From Desulfobacterales bacterium (GTDB lineage Bacteria; Desulfobacterota; Desulfobacteria; Desulfobacterales; G963662235): a stretch of 64,000 nucleotides of DNA. The position numbers were made by a program, and so were the translations under genes. Location: positions 1,398,109 to 1,462,108 of the forward strand of contig OY759308.1 of the NCBI GenBank assembly GCA_963662235.1, given 5' to 3'. A model generated the notes under the pieces. That model saw only the letters and a list, made by a program, of their open reading frames with translations. It had not been told where the DNA came from and searched no databases. Of the stretch, positions 19,444 through 29,112 are shown piece by piece (position 1 is the first letter of the stretch; every line of letters starts with the position of its first letter).

Positions 19444-19966
19444 CTTCCATTTCTACTGTCTCTTTATTTATATCTATTTTAATCTTTTTGGAAACTATTT
19501 TGAAATTGTCATAAAAAAGAACAGGAGATTGATCTGAGAATATCTCTTTTTTATTAGGATTATAAGAGACTTTTTCACTTTGAAATTTTTTATCGTTAAA
19601 TTCTATATCAACATTGCCGAGAGCATAAAAATCTTTTGTTTGAGTATCCATAAAGCCCTCGTTACAAACTAAAAAAATTTTTTCATTATTTTTATTAAAA
19701 AAAGTGGCTTTAACATCATTTAGCTTTATATTGTTTTTTTTATTAAAATAAGCAGCCGTTTTAGAAAGAAGTATAAGCTCTTTTTTGTTATTTTTATAAA
19801 ATGTTTGTTTCATATCTTTAATGTAAATTTTAGTGCTATGATTGATTTTTACTTTCTCATCTTTTTTAGATGATGACTTTTTGTTTTGCTTTAAGTAAAA
19901 AAATATAGAGCATAAAATAAGTAAAATTAAGATATTGAGTGCTATTTTGGATATTGTTTTTGTCAT
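19415..19966 (-). CDS. lptC: LPS export protein LptC
   Basis: Single N-terminal TM anchor, size and position consistent with LptC. Overlaps the lptA start by 29 nt. Confidence 0.65.
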   Translation of the reverse strand: MTKTISKIALNILILLILCSIFFYLKQNKKSSSKKDEKVKINHSTKIYIKDMKQTFYKNNKKELILLSKTAAYFNKKNNIKLNDVKATFFNKNNEKIFLVCNEGFMDTQTKDFYALGNVDIEFNDKKFQSEKVSYNPNKKEIFSDQSPVLFYDNFKIVSKKIKIDINKETVEMEGDVEVKSIN

Positions 19967-19974
19967 TTAAGAAT

Positions 19975-20469
19975 TTATAAAGTTTTTAAAATCATATCAC
20001 AAACTTCACGGACTGCACCTTCGCCACCTTTTTTAGTACACACAAAGTCTGCCATATCTTTAATATCATTAATTGCATCAGCAACAGCAAACGACAAGCC
20101 TACATTTTTCATAATAGGAATGTCTGGCAGGTCGTCTCCAACATAAGCGACATTAGAAATTTTAAGATTACTCTTTTTTAAAATGTCTTTTAATGCGGGT
20201 ATCTTTTTTGATCCTAATCCTTGATACACATACTCTTCATCTATACCAAGCTCTTTATATCTTTTAGTAAGTGCTTTCGATTTTCTACCAGTAATTATAC
20301 CAACTTTGATGCCTTTTTCTAATAAAAGCCTTATACCTAAGCCATCTTTTACGTTAAATTTTTTTGTCTCACTTCCTTCGCTGTTATAGTAGATAGAGCC
20401 ATCAGTTAAAACACCGTCTACATCAAGCAAGAGAATTCTTATTTTTTTAATTTTTTCAGTTATAGTCAT
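19975..20469 (-). CDS. kdsC: KDO 8-phosphate phosphatase (HAD family)
   Basis: LLLDVDGVLTDG...YVGDDLPDIP. Confidence 0.9.
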   Translation of the reverse strand: MTITEKIKKIRILLLDVDGVLTDGSIYYNSEGSETKKFNVKDGLGIRLLLEKGIKVGIITGRKSKALTKRYKELGIDEEYVYQGLGSKKIPALKDILKKSNLKISNVAYVGDDLPDIPIMKNVGLSFAVADAINDIKDMADFVCTKKGGEGAVREVCDMILKTL

Positions 20470-20494
20470 TTTTAATATTCCTAATAGCTAAGCT

Positions 20495-21319
20495 CTATTT
20501 TAAAATGGCTTTTATTTTTTTTAATTTTTTAAGAAGCTCTTTAAAATCATCATTTAATTTAAGGGAGTTAGCACCATCACAAAGGGCTTTTTCTGGCTCT
20601 GGGTGAACTTCAAAAAAAACACCGTCACATCCTGCTGCAACTGCTGACTTTGCAAGTATAGGTGCATACTCGCTTTCTCCAGTTGACTCTAAACCTGCTC
20701 CACCTGGAAGTTGTACGCTATGTGTTGCATCAAATATAACAGGGCAGTTAGCTGTTTTATGCATTATCTCTATCCCTCTAAAGTCTACAACAAGATTGTT
20801 ATACCCAAAACTTGAGCCTCTTTCTGTAAGAAATATGTTGTTATTTCCTGTGCTTCTCGCTTTTTCTACGGAGTTTTTTATATCTTTAGGGGACATAAAC
20901 TGTCCTTTTTTTATATTAATCGTTTTGTTTGTTTCGGCTGCACGTATAATTAAGTCTGTTTGTCTGCATAAAAAAGCAGGAATTTGTATAACATCTAAAA
21001 CGTCTTTTGCTGCTTCAATTTGACCTATCTCGTGCACATCAGATATAATATTTAAATCTAATTTTGTTTTTATATTGTTTAAAATTTCAAGACCTGTTGC
21101 AACTCCTAAACCTCTAAAAGAGTCAATAGAAGTTCTGTTTGCTTTGTCAAAAGAGGCTTTGAAGATAAAAGGCATTTCAAGTTTACTTGTTATTTTTTTC
21201 AAAAAAGAGGCTATCTCATAAGTTGTTTCATAATTTTCAATTACGCAAGGACCTGCAATAACTATTAAAGGGTTTTCCCCTCCTACTTTGATATCGTTAA
21301 TTCTTATTTCATTTACCAT
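20495..21319 (-). CDS. kdsA: 3-deoxy-8-phosphooctulonate (KDO8P) synthase
   Basis: GPCVIE...FKASFDKANRTS...IQIPAFLCRQTDL...DATHSVQLPGG. Confidence 0.95.
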   Translation of the reverse strand: MVNEIRINDIKVGGENPLIVIAGPCVIENYETTYEIASFLKKITSKLEMPFIFKASFDKANRTSIDSFRGLGVATGLEILNNIKTKLDLNIISDVHEIGQIEAAKDVLDVIQIPAFLCRQTDLIIRAAETNKTINIKKGQFMSPKDIKNSVEKARSTGNNNIFLTERGSSFGYNNLVVDFRGIEIMHKTANCPVIFDATHSVQLPGGAGLESTGESEYAPILAKSAVAAGCDGVFFEVHPEPEKALCDGANSLKLNDDFKELLKKLKKIKAILK

Positions 21320-21321
21320 TT

Positions 21322-23502
21322 TTAAATAACACCTGAATCTTTAAGGGCATAAACAACCACTTTTTGTAAAATTTTTTCTTTAACCGATTGCGGAGAGGAG
21401 AGCTTCATTCTCTCTAAATATTGTTTTGAAGAATTAGGAGTTTTTGTACAAAATTCTTTTAAAATATTTGCTATAAGTTTGATAACACTTTCAGAAGCTT
21501 TTACTTTTAAGTTTTTAAGAGATTTGCCTATAGCCTTTTCCTCTTCCGTTAAGTCTGAACCAAAAGGGAAGGGGGAGAAAAAGCCTGCTTTCCTAAATGT
21601 TTCAATTTTTTTATTTATTACTTCTGGAAAGTTATTTTTAAATTGTTCTGGGATTTTATAATCTTGTGGTATTTTTTTAAACTTTTTACATTTTTGAAGA
21701 AGCTCTTCTTGAAATCTTGAGTCTGTAATATTTAAAAGTTCTGCGATAACGTCCTTGTCTTGTTTACCTCTTAAGTCTGCTATTCCATACTCTGTTATTA
21801 TTATATCTCTTAAATGTCTTGGTATAGTAGTGTGCCCATATTGCCATACTATGTTTGATTTCGCTTTTTTTCCTACACCGCGAGAGCTTTTAATCATTGT
21901 GATAGCTCTTCCATCCTCTAAAGCATGAGCCATAGATACAAAATTATATTGTCCTCCAGGCCCGCTTATTATTCTGTGGTCTTCTAATGCATCCGCTGTT
22001 ATTGCACCCATAATGTTAGATTTAAGAGCTGCATTTATAAATCTTCCATATTTTCTTTGAGCTCTTTTTAATTCTTCATCTCCATATATTTGATTAACGT
22101 AATCTACGCCTCGCATATCAATAAGGTTTCTCTCTTCTTCTGTAAGATTTCTTAAACCTTCATAAAAACTGTCTTGTCCGATAAAAAAAGAGGCGTATGC
22201 CACAACTCCTTTTTTAAGGGAGTCTCCAAGACACTCTTTTATAATTAATTCTAAACTATTAGCATCAGATAAATTAGTATCATACTCTTTTGAATCTTTA
22301 TAAATTTTACCATCTTTGTAAGTTAAACTGCTTTTTAAAATTCCGAACTCTTGTAAAACCAAAAAATCTTTTTCTCTTATTTTTGTATGTATTACTTTAT
22401 TCTCACTCAAAACAGTTAAGATGTTATTATCAAATTTTTCAGCTATTTTTTTTTCGTTTATAAGTGTTTGAAGTCCTAAGTGTTCATAAACCTTTTTCTT
22501 AATAATTCCTGCTTTGAAAAGGTCTAAAAAGGAGTCTATAAACATTTCAGAGGAGCATAAAAGTCCTTCTTCAAATGTTCCTGTTTCTCCTACCTCTTTT
22601 ATTATCTCGTTATATTTAGTTTCAATATCCGCTTCTTTTAAAAAATTTTTATACTCTTTATTATTTTTATGTCTCATCATAATAGAAGCAGATACAGCAT
22701 CGCCAAGAGAACCTATACCTACTTGGATTGTTCCACCGTCTTTAATTAATGTACTTGCATAAATTCCAATCATCCAATCGACAGGGCTTACAGATGTTTT
22801 TGGAGCACAAAAGATTTTTTTATCGTATTCTGGGTTTTCTACAATTATATCGTAATGGGAGGGTTTAACAACTGCTTTGCCATACATAAAAGGCATTTTA
22901 CTATGAACTTGACCTACTATAACGCATTTAAAATTTTCATCTTGTGCTCTTTTTTTTTGTACCAATTCCGCTGCTTCTAAATGTGTATCAGGATTTGAAG
23001 CCATACTGTACATTGTTTCGCCATTCATATCTTTTTTTGAAATAAGCTGTGCTAAGACATTACACTCATTTATAAAAGCGTCTCTAACTGCATGGGTATA
23101 GTTAGAGCCCATATAGTTCATTTGGACATAAGGACAATGTAAAAATGCAGCTGTTTTGTTATAAAATTCTACATACTTAAAATTTTTCGGTATTGTGTTA
23201 CGTCTTAAATCTTTTATGTATTCAAACTCTTCAAAATCTTCCCAAACCCTTTCTACAAAAGGCTCTAAAAATCGTTTTTCAAGTTCACTTTTACCATCAG
23301 GTTTTTCAAGGGAAACACCAGAAAAGAGTTTTAAATATAAGGTGTCATCGTTTTTAATTCTATTGTATATGGCATTAACAAGTCTATTCGGCTTTGCAAG
23401 AGCAAGTGGAATTGCCATAACTATTTTCTTACCGACCTTTTCTATAATTTCGTCTACACATTTTTCAATGTCTTGATAGTAAAGGGTATTTGTTTTTGTC
23501 AT
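21322..23502 (-). CDS. Acetyl-CoA hydrolase/transferase family protein (long form)
   Basis: IQVGIGSLGDAV, ISGPGGQYNFV and IITEYGIADLRGKQDKDVIAELLNITDSRFQEEL match the AcetylCoA_hyd_C pattern. Confidence 0.65.
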   Translation of the reverse strand: MTKTNTLYYQDIEKCVDEIIEKVGKKIVMAIPLALAKPNRLVNAIYNRIKNDDTLYLKLFSGVSLEKPDGKSELEKRFLEPFVERVWEDFEEFEYIKDLRRNTIPKNFKYVEFYNKTAAFLHCPYVQMNYMGSNYTHAVRDAFINECNVLAQLISKKDMNGETMYSMASNPDTHLEAAELVQKKRAQDENFKCVIVGQVHSKMPFMYGKAVVKPSHYDIIVENPEYDKKIFCAPKTSVSPVDWMIGIYASTLIKDGGTIQVGIGSLGDAVSASIMMRHKNNKEYKNFLKEADIETKYNEIIKEVGETGTFEEGLLCSSEMFIDSFLDLFKAGIIKKKVYEHLGLQTLINEKKIAEKFDNNILTVLSENKVIHTKIREKDFLVLQEFGILKSSLTYKDGKIYKDSKEYDTNLSDANSLELIIKECLGDSLKKGVVAYASFFIGQDSFYEGLRNLTEEERNLIDMRGVDYVNQIYGDEELKRAQRKYGRFINAALKSNIMGAITADALEDHRIISGPGGQYNFVSMAHALEDGRAITMIKSSRGVGKKAKSNIVWQYGHTTIPRHLRDIIITEYGIADLRGKQDKDVIAELLNITDSRFQEELLQKCKKFKKIPQDYKIPEQFKNNFPEVINKKIETFRKAGFFSPFPFGSDLTEEEKAIGKSLKNLKVKASESVIKLIANILKEFCTKTPNSSKQYLERMKLSSPQSVKEKILQKVVVYALKDSGVI

Positions 23503-23523
23503 AGTGTCTCTCTCTTTTTAATT

Positions 23524-25194
23524 TTATATTTTTATTTTATCTATTGTATCAAAAAGTAAAGGAACTTCATTTCTTAATTCAGAGCAATTTTCTTTAAGAG
23601 TTTTTAACGCAATTGGAATATATTCTTCAAAGTATATTTTCTTTTTTACCTTAGACAAAAAAGAAAAAGCTCCAAGCATTTGTAAGTTTCTTGTTATAGT
23701 GCAATATTTATAACACTCTTTGAACTCTTTTTCTTCTACTTTGAAAAGTTTGATAAACTTATTCGTGCAATAGTCCGAGAGTGTGTTTTGTGTGTTTTTG
23801 CTAAGATTAACATAAGGGTCTATTAAAAGAGATGCTAAGTCGTATTGAATAAGCCCTTTCATTCCACCTTGAAAATCGATAAAGTAGAATTTTATGTTTT
23901 TATCCTTTTTTATAACCATAATATTCCGAGATTGCATATCTCTATGCATAAAACCCGAAATAGAAAAGTTTAGTGCTTTTTTAGCTATATAATTAAACTC
24001 TTTTTTTAAACTATAAAATGATATATTTTTTTTTAGATAATTGTTTAAAAAAGATTCTGTAAAATATTTACATTCATCTTCAATTATAACCTTTTTATTA
24101 TATTCACTATTTTTAAAACACCACTTTAAGTCAAACTCTTCAATTCCTTTATAAAAACCTTCTATCATCCAATCTATTATCTGTTTATAAATTTTTATAG
24201 TTTTATCTTGAGTAATTGTCTTTATATAGCTTTGGAGTTTTATGTCTCCTAAATCTTGAAGAAGTACAATTCCTGAAAATCTATCCTTAGAATAGATTTT
24301 AGGGTAGGGTAGGTTTTTATTAAAAAGATGATTTCCAATATCGGAAAAAGAGTCTACTTCTAAAGTTTTTTTGCTGGTTGCAATGCTATGCATACTTGCT
24401 ATACAAGATTTTTTTTTATTATATAGCCTGTACCATCTTCTATCAGAGCCATCACCTTGAAGCTCTTGTTTTTTTAATTTTTCTAATTTTTTAAGTGAAA
24501 AAAAATTTTGTCCTATATTATCTAAAACAGTCTCTTCATAGTCTTGAATATTTCCTATATCTTGCCAGTAGTGATTTTTAAAAGTTAAGCTATTAATCTC
24601 AATGTTTTTTTTTATTAACGCTTTGTAAATATCAATAATTCCAATGAATTTATCTTCAGGAATAAAGTCTAAAATTTTAGGCTCAAGAATATGGATGCCC
24701 ATAAATGCAAAAAGCTCTTTTGCCTTATCATCATAATCAAAACTTTTTATGATGCCATTTTTTACACTTATTTTATTAAATTTATTGTGATTATGAAGAG
24801 CAAGAGTCGCTATCTTATTATTTTTTTTATGAAATTCATACAGTTTTTTTAAATCGATATTTGTCAAAATATCCCCGTTAATTACAAGAAACGGTTCGTC
24901 ATTCCAAAAATCTTCTAAATTTTTTATTCCGCCTGCTGTTTCAAGTGGTTTTTTTTCATAATATATATGAACAGGAACTCTATATTTTTGTTTTTTTATA
25001 AAAGTTTCTATTTTTGAAGATAAATGGTGGGTGTTTATAGCTATACTTTCAAAGCCTGCTTTAATAAGTTGATTGATTATAATATCTATAATAGGACGTT
25101 CTTTTGCAATCGGAAATAAAACTTTTGGTAAATTTTTTGAAAAAGGTTCAAGTCTTTTACCAAAGCCTGCTGCGAGAATTAATGCTTTTTTCAT
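23524..25194 (-). CDS. Fusion protein: sugar-1-P nucleotidyltransferase (MurU-like) N-terminus plus APH-type kinase (AmgK-like) C-terminus
   Basis: The N-terminus has KALILAAGFGKRLEPFSKNLPKVLFPI. The C-terminus has HRDMQSRNIMV...FIDFQGG (kinase catalytic and DFG-like motifs). Confidence 0.7.
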   Translation of the reverse strand: MKKALILAAGFGKRLEPFSKNLPKVLFPIAKERPIIDIIINQLIKAGFESIAINTHHLSSKIETFIKKQKYRVPVHIYYEKKPLETAGGIKNLEDFWNDEPFLVINGDILTNIDLKKLYEFHKKNNKIATLALHNHNKFNKISVKNGIIKSFDYDDKAKELFAFMGIHILEPKILDFIPEDKFIGIIDIYKALIKKNIEINSLTFKNHYWQDIGNIQDYEETVLDNIGQNFFSLKKLEKLKKQELQGDGSDRRWYRLYNKKKSCIASMHSIATSKKTLEVDSFSDIGNHLFNKNLPYPKIYSKDRFSGIVLLQDLGDIKLQSYIKTITQDKTIKIYKQIIDWMIEGFYKGIEEFDLKWCFKNSEYNKKVIIEDECKYFTESFLNNYLKKNISFYSLKKEFNYIAKKALNFSISGFMHRDMQSRNIMVIKKDKNIKFYFIDFQGGMKGLIQYDLASLLIDPYVNLSKNTQNTLSDYCTNKFIKLFKVEEKEFKECYKYCTITRNLQMLGAFSFLSKVKKKIYFEEYIPIALKTLKENCSELRNEVPLLFDTIDKIKI

Positions 25195-25232
25195 ATTTAA
25201 TCAAAATAGTAACTTAAAGTTAAAAATAAAAA

Positions 25233-25568
25233 GAAGACTTTTGCATATAATGTTTTGAGACCTTTGCACATAGCTTTATTTTGCTTTTGTTTTGTGGTTC
25301 ACCCTGTGAAATATTTTTAAATTTTTCAAATTTAAAAATAATATTTGAGCTATAAAGCATCAAATATTATTTCACTGGGGTAAAGTAGTATTTTTATACG
25401 TCGAACCCAAAACAAAAATGAAAGAGAGCGTAAGTCTTTATAAGAGTTTTAGAAGTTTTTGTAAAAACTACCAAAAGTTAATGTTTTACTAAAAACCACT
25501 ATTTTTTTCATAAAAAACATTATGTGCAAAGGTCTCTGTTTTTTATAAAAAATATGTGTAGAGGTCTT
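25233..25568 (+). mobile_element. Composite: short-form MITE (outer, + orientation) interrupted by a long-form copy
   Basis: The outer ends are gaagacttttgcatataatgtttt (left) and ttataaaaaatatgtgtagaggtctt (right). Joining them reconstitutes a short-form element. Confidence 0.75.
25257..25536 (-). mobile_element. MITE-like element, copy 2 (long form, 280 bp) nested in the outer short form
   Basis: Full terminal inverted repeats, flanked by TGTTTT on both sides (25251..25256 and 25537..25542). Carries the 84-bp sub-insertion at 25299..25382. Confidence 0.9.
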
Positions 25569-25620
25569 TATTATAAAAAGATATATATTATCAGAAAATA
25601 TTTTTTTTAAAATAGATATT

Positions 25621-26496
25621 ATGCTCAAATTTTTTAAATACTTTATATTAGTGTTTTTCTTTTTTTCAAACTCTTATGCTACTAAAGTTTTTGTCGATCA
25701 GGAAAATAGAACAATAGAACTTACAAAAACTCCTGAGAGAATTGTATCTTTTGCTCCAAGTATAACTGAAATAGTATTTGCTCTTAAAAAAGGAGATCTT
25801 TTAAAGGGTGTTACTGTCTTTAGTAATTATCCTAAAGAAGCTTCAAAAATAGAGAGAATAGGTTCTTATATAAACCTTAGTATAGAAAAAATATTAATGC
25901 TTAAACCAGACTTATGTATTGCTGTAAAAGATGGAAATCCCAAAAAACAAGTAATGGCGTTAGAAAAATTGGGTGTAAAAATATATGTTAGCTCTTCATT
26001 TTCTGTTAGCTCTATTAAAAATACAATTTATGAGCTTGGTAATATTCTTGATGCTAAAAAAAGAGCTAAAGAGCTTGTAGACACTATAGACAAAAAGATT
26101 GATGAAGTAAGTAGTAAAGTCACAAAAGTTAAAGTAAAACCTAAAGTTTTTTTTCAACTTGGGACAAAGCCTATGGTATCGGTTGGCAAAAACACTTATA
26201 TAAATGAGCTTATTGAAATTGCAGGTGGAGACAATATCGCAAAAAATTTAAGTGGATACCCTGTTTTATCTACGGAAAAAGTAATAGAAGCAAATCCCGA
26301 TATAATTATAATATTAACTATGAGTACAAGTTCAAATAACAACACAACTTTTTGGAATAATTTTAATACTATAAAAGCAGTTAAAAATAGAAATATAGTT
26401 TTTATAGATAGCGATGTCTTTGTAAAGCCTTCGGTAAGAATTGTTGAAGCTTTAGAATGCCTTAATGACATAATAATGAAACAAGCAAAAAAATAA
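25621..26496 (+). CDS. ABC transporter periplasmic substrate-binding protein (BtuF/FepB-type, Peripla_BP_2)
   Basis: Signal peptide, then RIVSFAPSITEIVFAL...KPDLCIA...ANPDIIIIL. Confidence 0.8.
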   Translation: MLKFFKYFILVFFFFSNSYATKVFVDQENRTIELTKTPERIVSFAPSITEIVFALKKGDLLKGVTVFSNYPKEASKIERIGSYINLSIEKILMLKPDLCIAVKDGNPKKQVMALEKLGVKIYVSSSFSVSSIKNTIYELGNILDAKKRAKELVDTIDKKIDEVSSKVTKVKVKPKVFFQLGTKPMVSVGKNTYINELIEIAGGDNIAKNLSGYPVLSTEKVIEANPDIIIILTMSTSSNNNTTFWNNFNTIKAVKNRNIVFIDSDVFVKPSVRIVEALECLNDIIMKQAKK

Positions 26497-26693
26497 GTAA
26501 TTTATCCCTATTCCCCATCACTTTTCTATAATTTATTTTTTTGTGATGGCGTGTGCTGTGCCCTTTTAGATAAACCCAGAGATAGAAATTTGCCTTATTT
26601 AACCAAATTAATTATTAAAATTGTTTAATTGAAAAAATGAAATTTTACCAATAAGATAAAAGATTTTAATTTTAAGAAGTAAGGAAGAAAAAA

Positions 26694-28367
26694 ATGCAAA
26701 GGATAGCACTTGGAATAAGCGATTTTAAAGATTTAAGAGATAACAAAGCATATTTTATAGATAAATCTTTTTTCATCAAAGAAATCATAGATGAAAATTT
26801 TCAAACAATCCTGCTTCCTCGTCCTCGTCGTTTTGGAAAAACCTTAAATCTTTCAATGCTTAAATGTTTTTTTGAGAAAGAAAAACAAGACAAATCTTAT
26901 CTATTTAATAATCTAAGCATTACAAAAGAGGCAGAATTTAAAGACCATTTCAATAGATATCCTGTTATATTTTTAAGTTTTAAGGATGTTAAAGCTCAAA
27001 GTTTTAACAAGGCTTATGAGGATATTTGCTTTTTAATAAGTGAAGAATTTAGAAGGCACAAATATCTTCTTTCTTCTGATTTTTTAGATGAAACAGAAAA
27101 GCAAGAATTTAATAAAATTTTAAAAAGAGAAGCCCCCGAAACATTATATACCAACGGTTTAAGAAATCTTTCCAAATGGCTTTATGAATATACAGGTGAA
27201 AAAGTTGTAATTTTAATAGATGAATATGACACACCAATTCAGTCTGCATTTTTTAGTGGCTTTTATGATGAGATGATAAACTTTTTTAGAAATTTTCTAA
27301 GTGCAGGATTGAAAGACAACTCTTATCTTTTCAAAGCTGTTTTAACAGGAATTTTAAGAGTTGCAAGAGAGTCTATTTTTTCAGGTTTAAATAATATCGG
27401 AACATATACAATTTTAGATAAAAGATTTGAAAGAAGTTTCGGATTTACAGAAGATGAAGTTTTTAAAATGCTCGATGATTATAATTTGTCTCAATTTAAA
27501 GAGGGCGTAAAAAAGTGGTATGACGGTTATATTTTTGGAAGTGATACAACAATTTATAATCCTTGGTCTATCTTAAATTTTGTGTCCAGTCCAAATAGAG
27601 AATTTGAACCATTTTGGGTAAATACTTCATCAAATGATATAATCCGAGATTTAGTGATAAATTCTTCAATGTCTATCAAAAAAGAATTTGAATATCTTTT
27701 AGAAGATGAGCCAGTAACTAAACAGATTGATTCTGCTATTGTCTTTCGCGATATAGAAAAAAATGAGACTTCGCTTTACTCTTTTCTTCTATTTTGTGGT
27801 TATTTGAAACCTTTTGAAAAACAAGTGATTGCAGGTGAAAATATTTGTAAACTCCTTATTCCAAATTGTGAGGTTAAAACAATTTTTAGAAAAGCTTTTT
27901 TGATTTGGTTTAATCAAAGTTTTGTAAACGACAAATTGAAGATTATGCTTCAAGCTTTATTGGAAGGAGACTTAGAGCTTTTTGAAGAGATACTCTCGGA
28001 GTTTGTTTTAGAAACACTTTCATATTTTGACACCGCAGGCAAGAATGTTGAGGCGGTCTATCAAGCATTTGTTTTAGGGCTTCTTGTAAGCCTTCCATCT
28101 TCTTCATATGAAGTTAATTCCAATAAAGAGTCTGGTTATGGCAGATACGATATTTCAATCGTTCCAAAAGATTTGAGCAAAAAAGCAATTATAATGGAGT
28201 TTAAAACGATACGAGTTAAAGAAACCAAAGATACAGCTCTTGATTCTGCTATTAAACAGTTAGTTGAGAAAAAATATGAGACAGAGATTTTAAAAAGAGG
28301 GATTAAAGATATTTTAAGATTTGGAGTTGTTTTTGATGGCAAAAGAGTTTGGATAAGAGAAGTCTAA
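26694..28367 (+). CDS. AAA-ATPase-like (PF09820-type) protein with C-terminal PD-(D/E)XK nuclease domain (PDDEXK_9 type)
   Basis: N-terminus reads LGISDFKDLRDNKAYFIDKSFFIKEII...LLPRPRRFGKTLNLSMLKCFF. C-terminus reads ESGYGRYDISIVP...AIIMEFKT (D...E-x-K). Confidence 0.8.
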   Translation: MQRIALGISDFKDLRDNKAYFIDKSFFIKEIIDENFQTILLPRPRRFGKTLNLSMLKCFFEKEKQDKSYLFNNLSITKEAEFKDHFNRYPVIFLSFKDVKAQSFNKAYEDICFLISEEFRRHKYLLSSDFLDETEKQEFNKILKREAPETLYTNGLRNLSKWLYEYTGEKVVILIDEYDTPIQSAFFSGFYDEMINFFRNFLSAGLKDNSYLFKAVLTGILRVARESIFSGLNNIGTYTILDKRFERSFGFTEDEVFKMLDDYNLSQFKEGVKKWYDGYIFGSDTTIYNPWSILNFVSSPNREFEPFWVNTSSNDIIRDLVINSSMSIKKEFEYLLEDEPVTKQIDSAIVFRDIEKNETSLYSFLLFCGYLKPFEKQVIAGENICKLLIPNCEVKTIFRKAFLIWFNQSFVNDKLKIMLQALLEGDLELFEEILSEFVLETLSYFDTAGKNVEAVYQAFVLGLLVSLPSSSYEVNSNKESGYGRYDISIVPKDLSKKAIIMEFKTIRVKETKDTALDSAIKQLVEKKYETEILKRGIKDILRFGVVFDGKRVWIREV

Positions 28368-28374
28368 TTATTAT

Positions 28375-28430
28375 GAGACTTTTGTTCATAATGTCTTTTT
28401 AAAAATAATAGAGCTATGTGAAAAGTTCTC
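28375..28430 (+). repeat. Short-form MITE (termini only, 56-bp hairpin)
   Basis: The sequence is gagacttttgttcataatg...agctatgtgaaaagttctc. Confidence 0.7.
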
Positions 28431-28446
28431 GAAAACAAGAAAAACT

Positions 28447-29112
28447 ATGATAAAAAAATATAAAAAAATAGCGTTAATATTAATTGCTCTTATGTTAATG
28501 CTCTATACCTATTTTGCTATTCATTCTAATTATCTTATAAAAGTTGGAAAAACTAAATTTACTACTGCCGATTTTTATGAATATTTAGAAATTAAAAAGA
28601 TAGCATATGATTATAAAGATATAGAAGAAGATGAAAATGTTTTAAAAATTATAAAATTTAGTGTTCTTGAAGAACTTAAAAATGATGCTCTGTTTTTAGA
28701 GTTTGCAAGAGAAAATAGTATTAAAGTAGATAAAGAAGAGCTGGCTAATTATATTGATGAAATTAAAAGTAGTTATCCTAAAGATACGTTTAGTGAAGTT
28801 TTTACGGAGAACGCTATAAACTATAACGCATGGGAAAGACAATTAAAAAACGATATTATTATTGAAAAGGTTATAAAACTTAAGATTACAGATAATATTG
28901 AGATAGAAAAAAAAGAATTTCTTAAATATTATGCAACATATATTAAAGAGAATAATTTTGAAAAAACTAAAGAAAATGAAAATACAATTTTAAATTTGTT
29001 TAAAAACGATAAAAAAGAAAAAGAGATAAAACTATTTTTAAAAGAGCTTCAAAAAAATATGGTTTTAGAAATAAACGAGAAGAATTGGAAAAGAATAATA
29101 AATGAAAAGTAA
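28447..29112 (+). CDS. SurA-N/PpiD-like periplasmic chaperone domain protein
   Basis: N-terminal anchor, helical chaperone-like sequence, and overlap with the downstream parvulin gene. Confidence 0.45.
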   Translation: MIKKYKKIALILIALMLMLYTYFAIHSNYLIKVGKTKFTTADFYEYLEIKKIAYDYKDIEEDENVLKIIKFSVLEELKNDALFLEFARENSIKVDKEELANYIDEIKSSYPKDTFSEVFTENAINYNAWERQLKNDIIIEKVIKLKITDNIEIEKKEFLKYYATYIKENNFEKTKENENTILNLFKNDKKEKEIKLFLKELQKNMVLEINEKNWKRIINEK

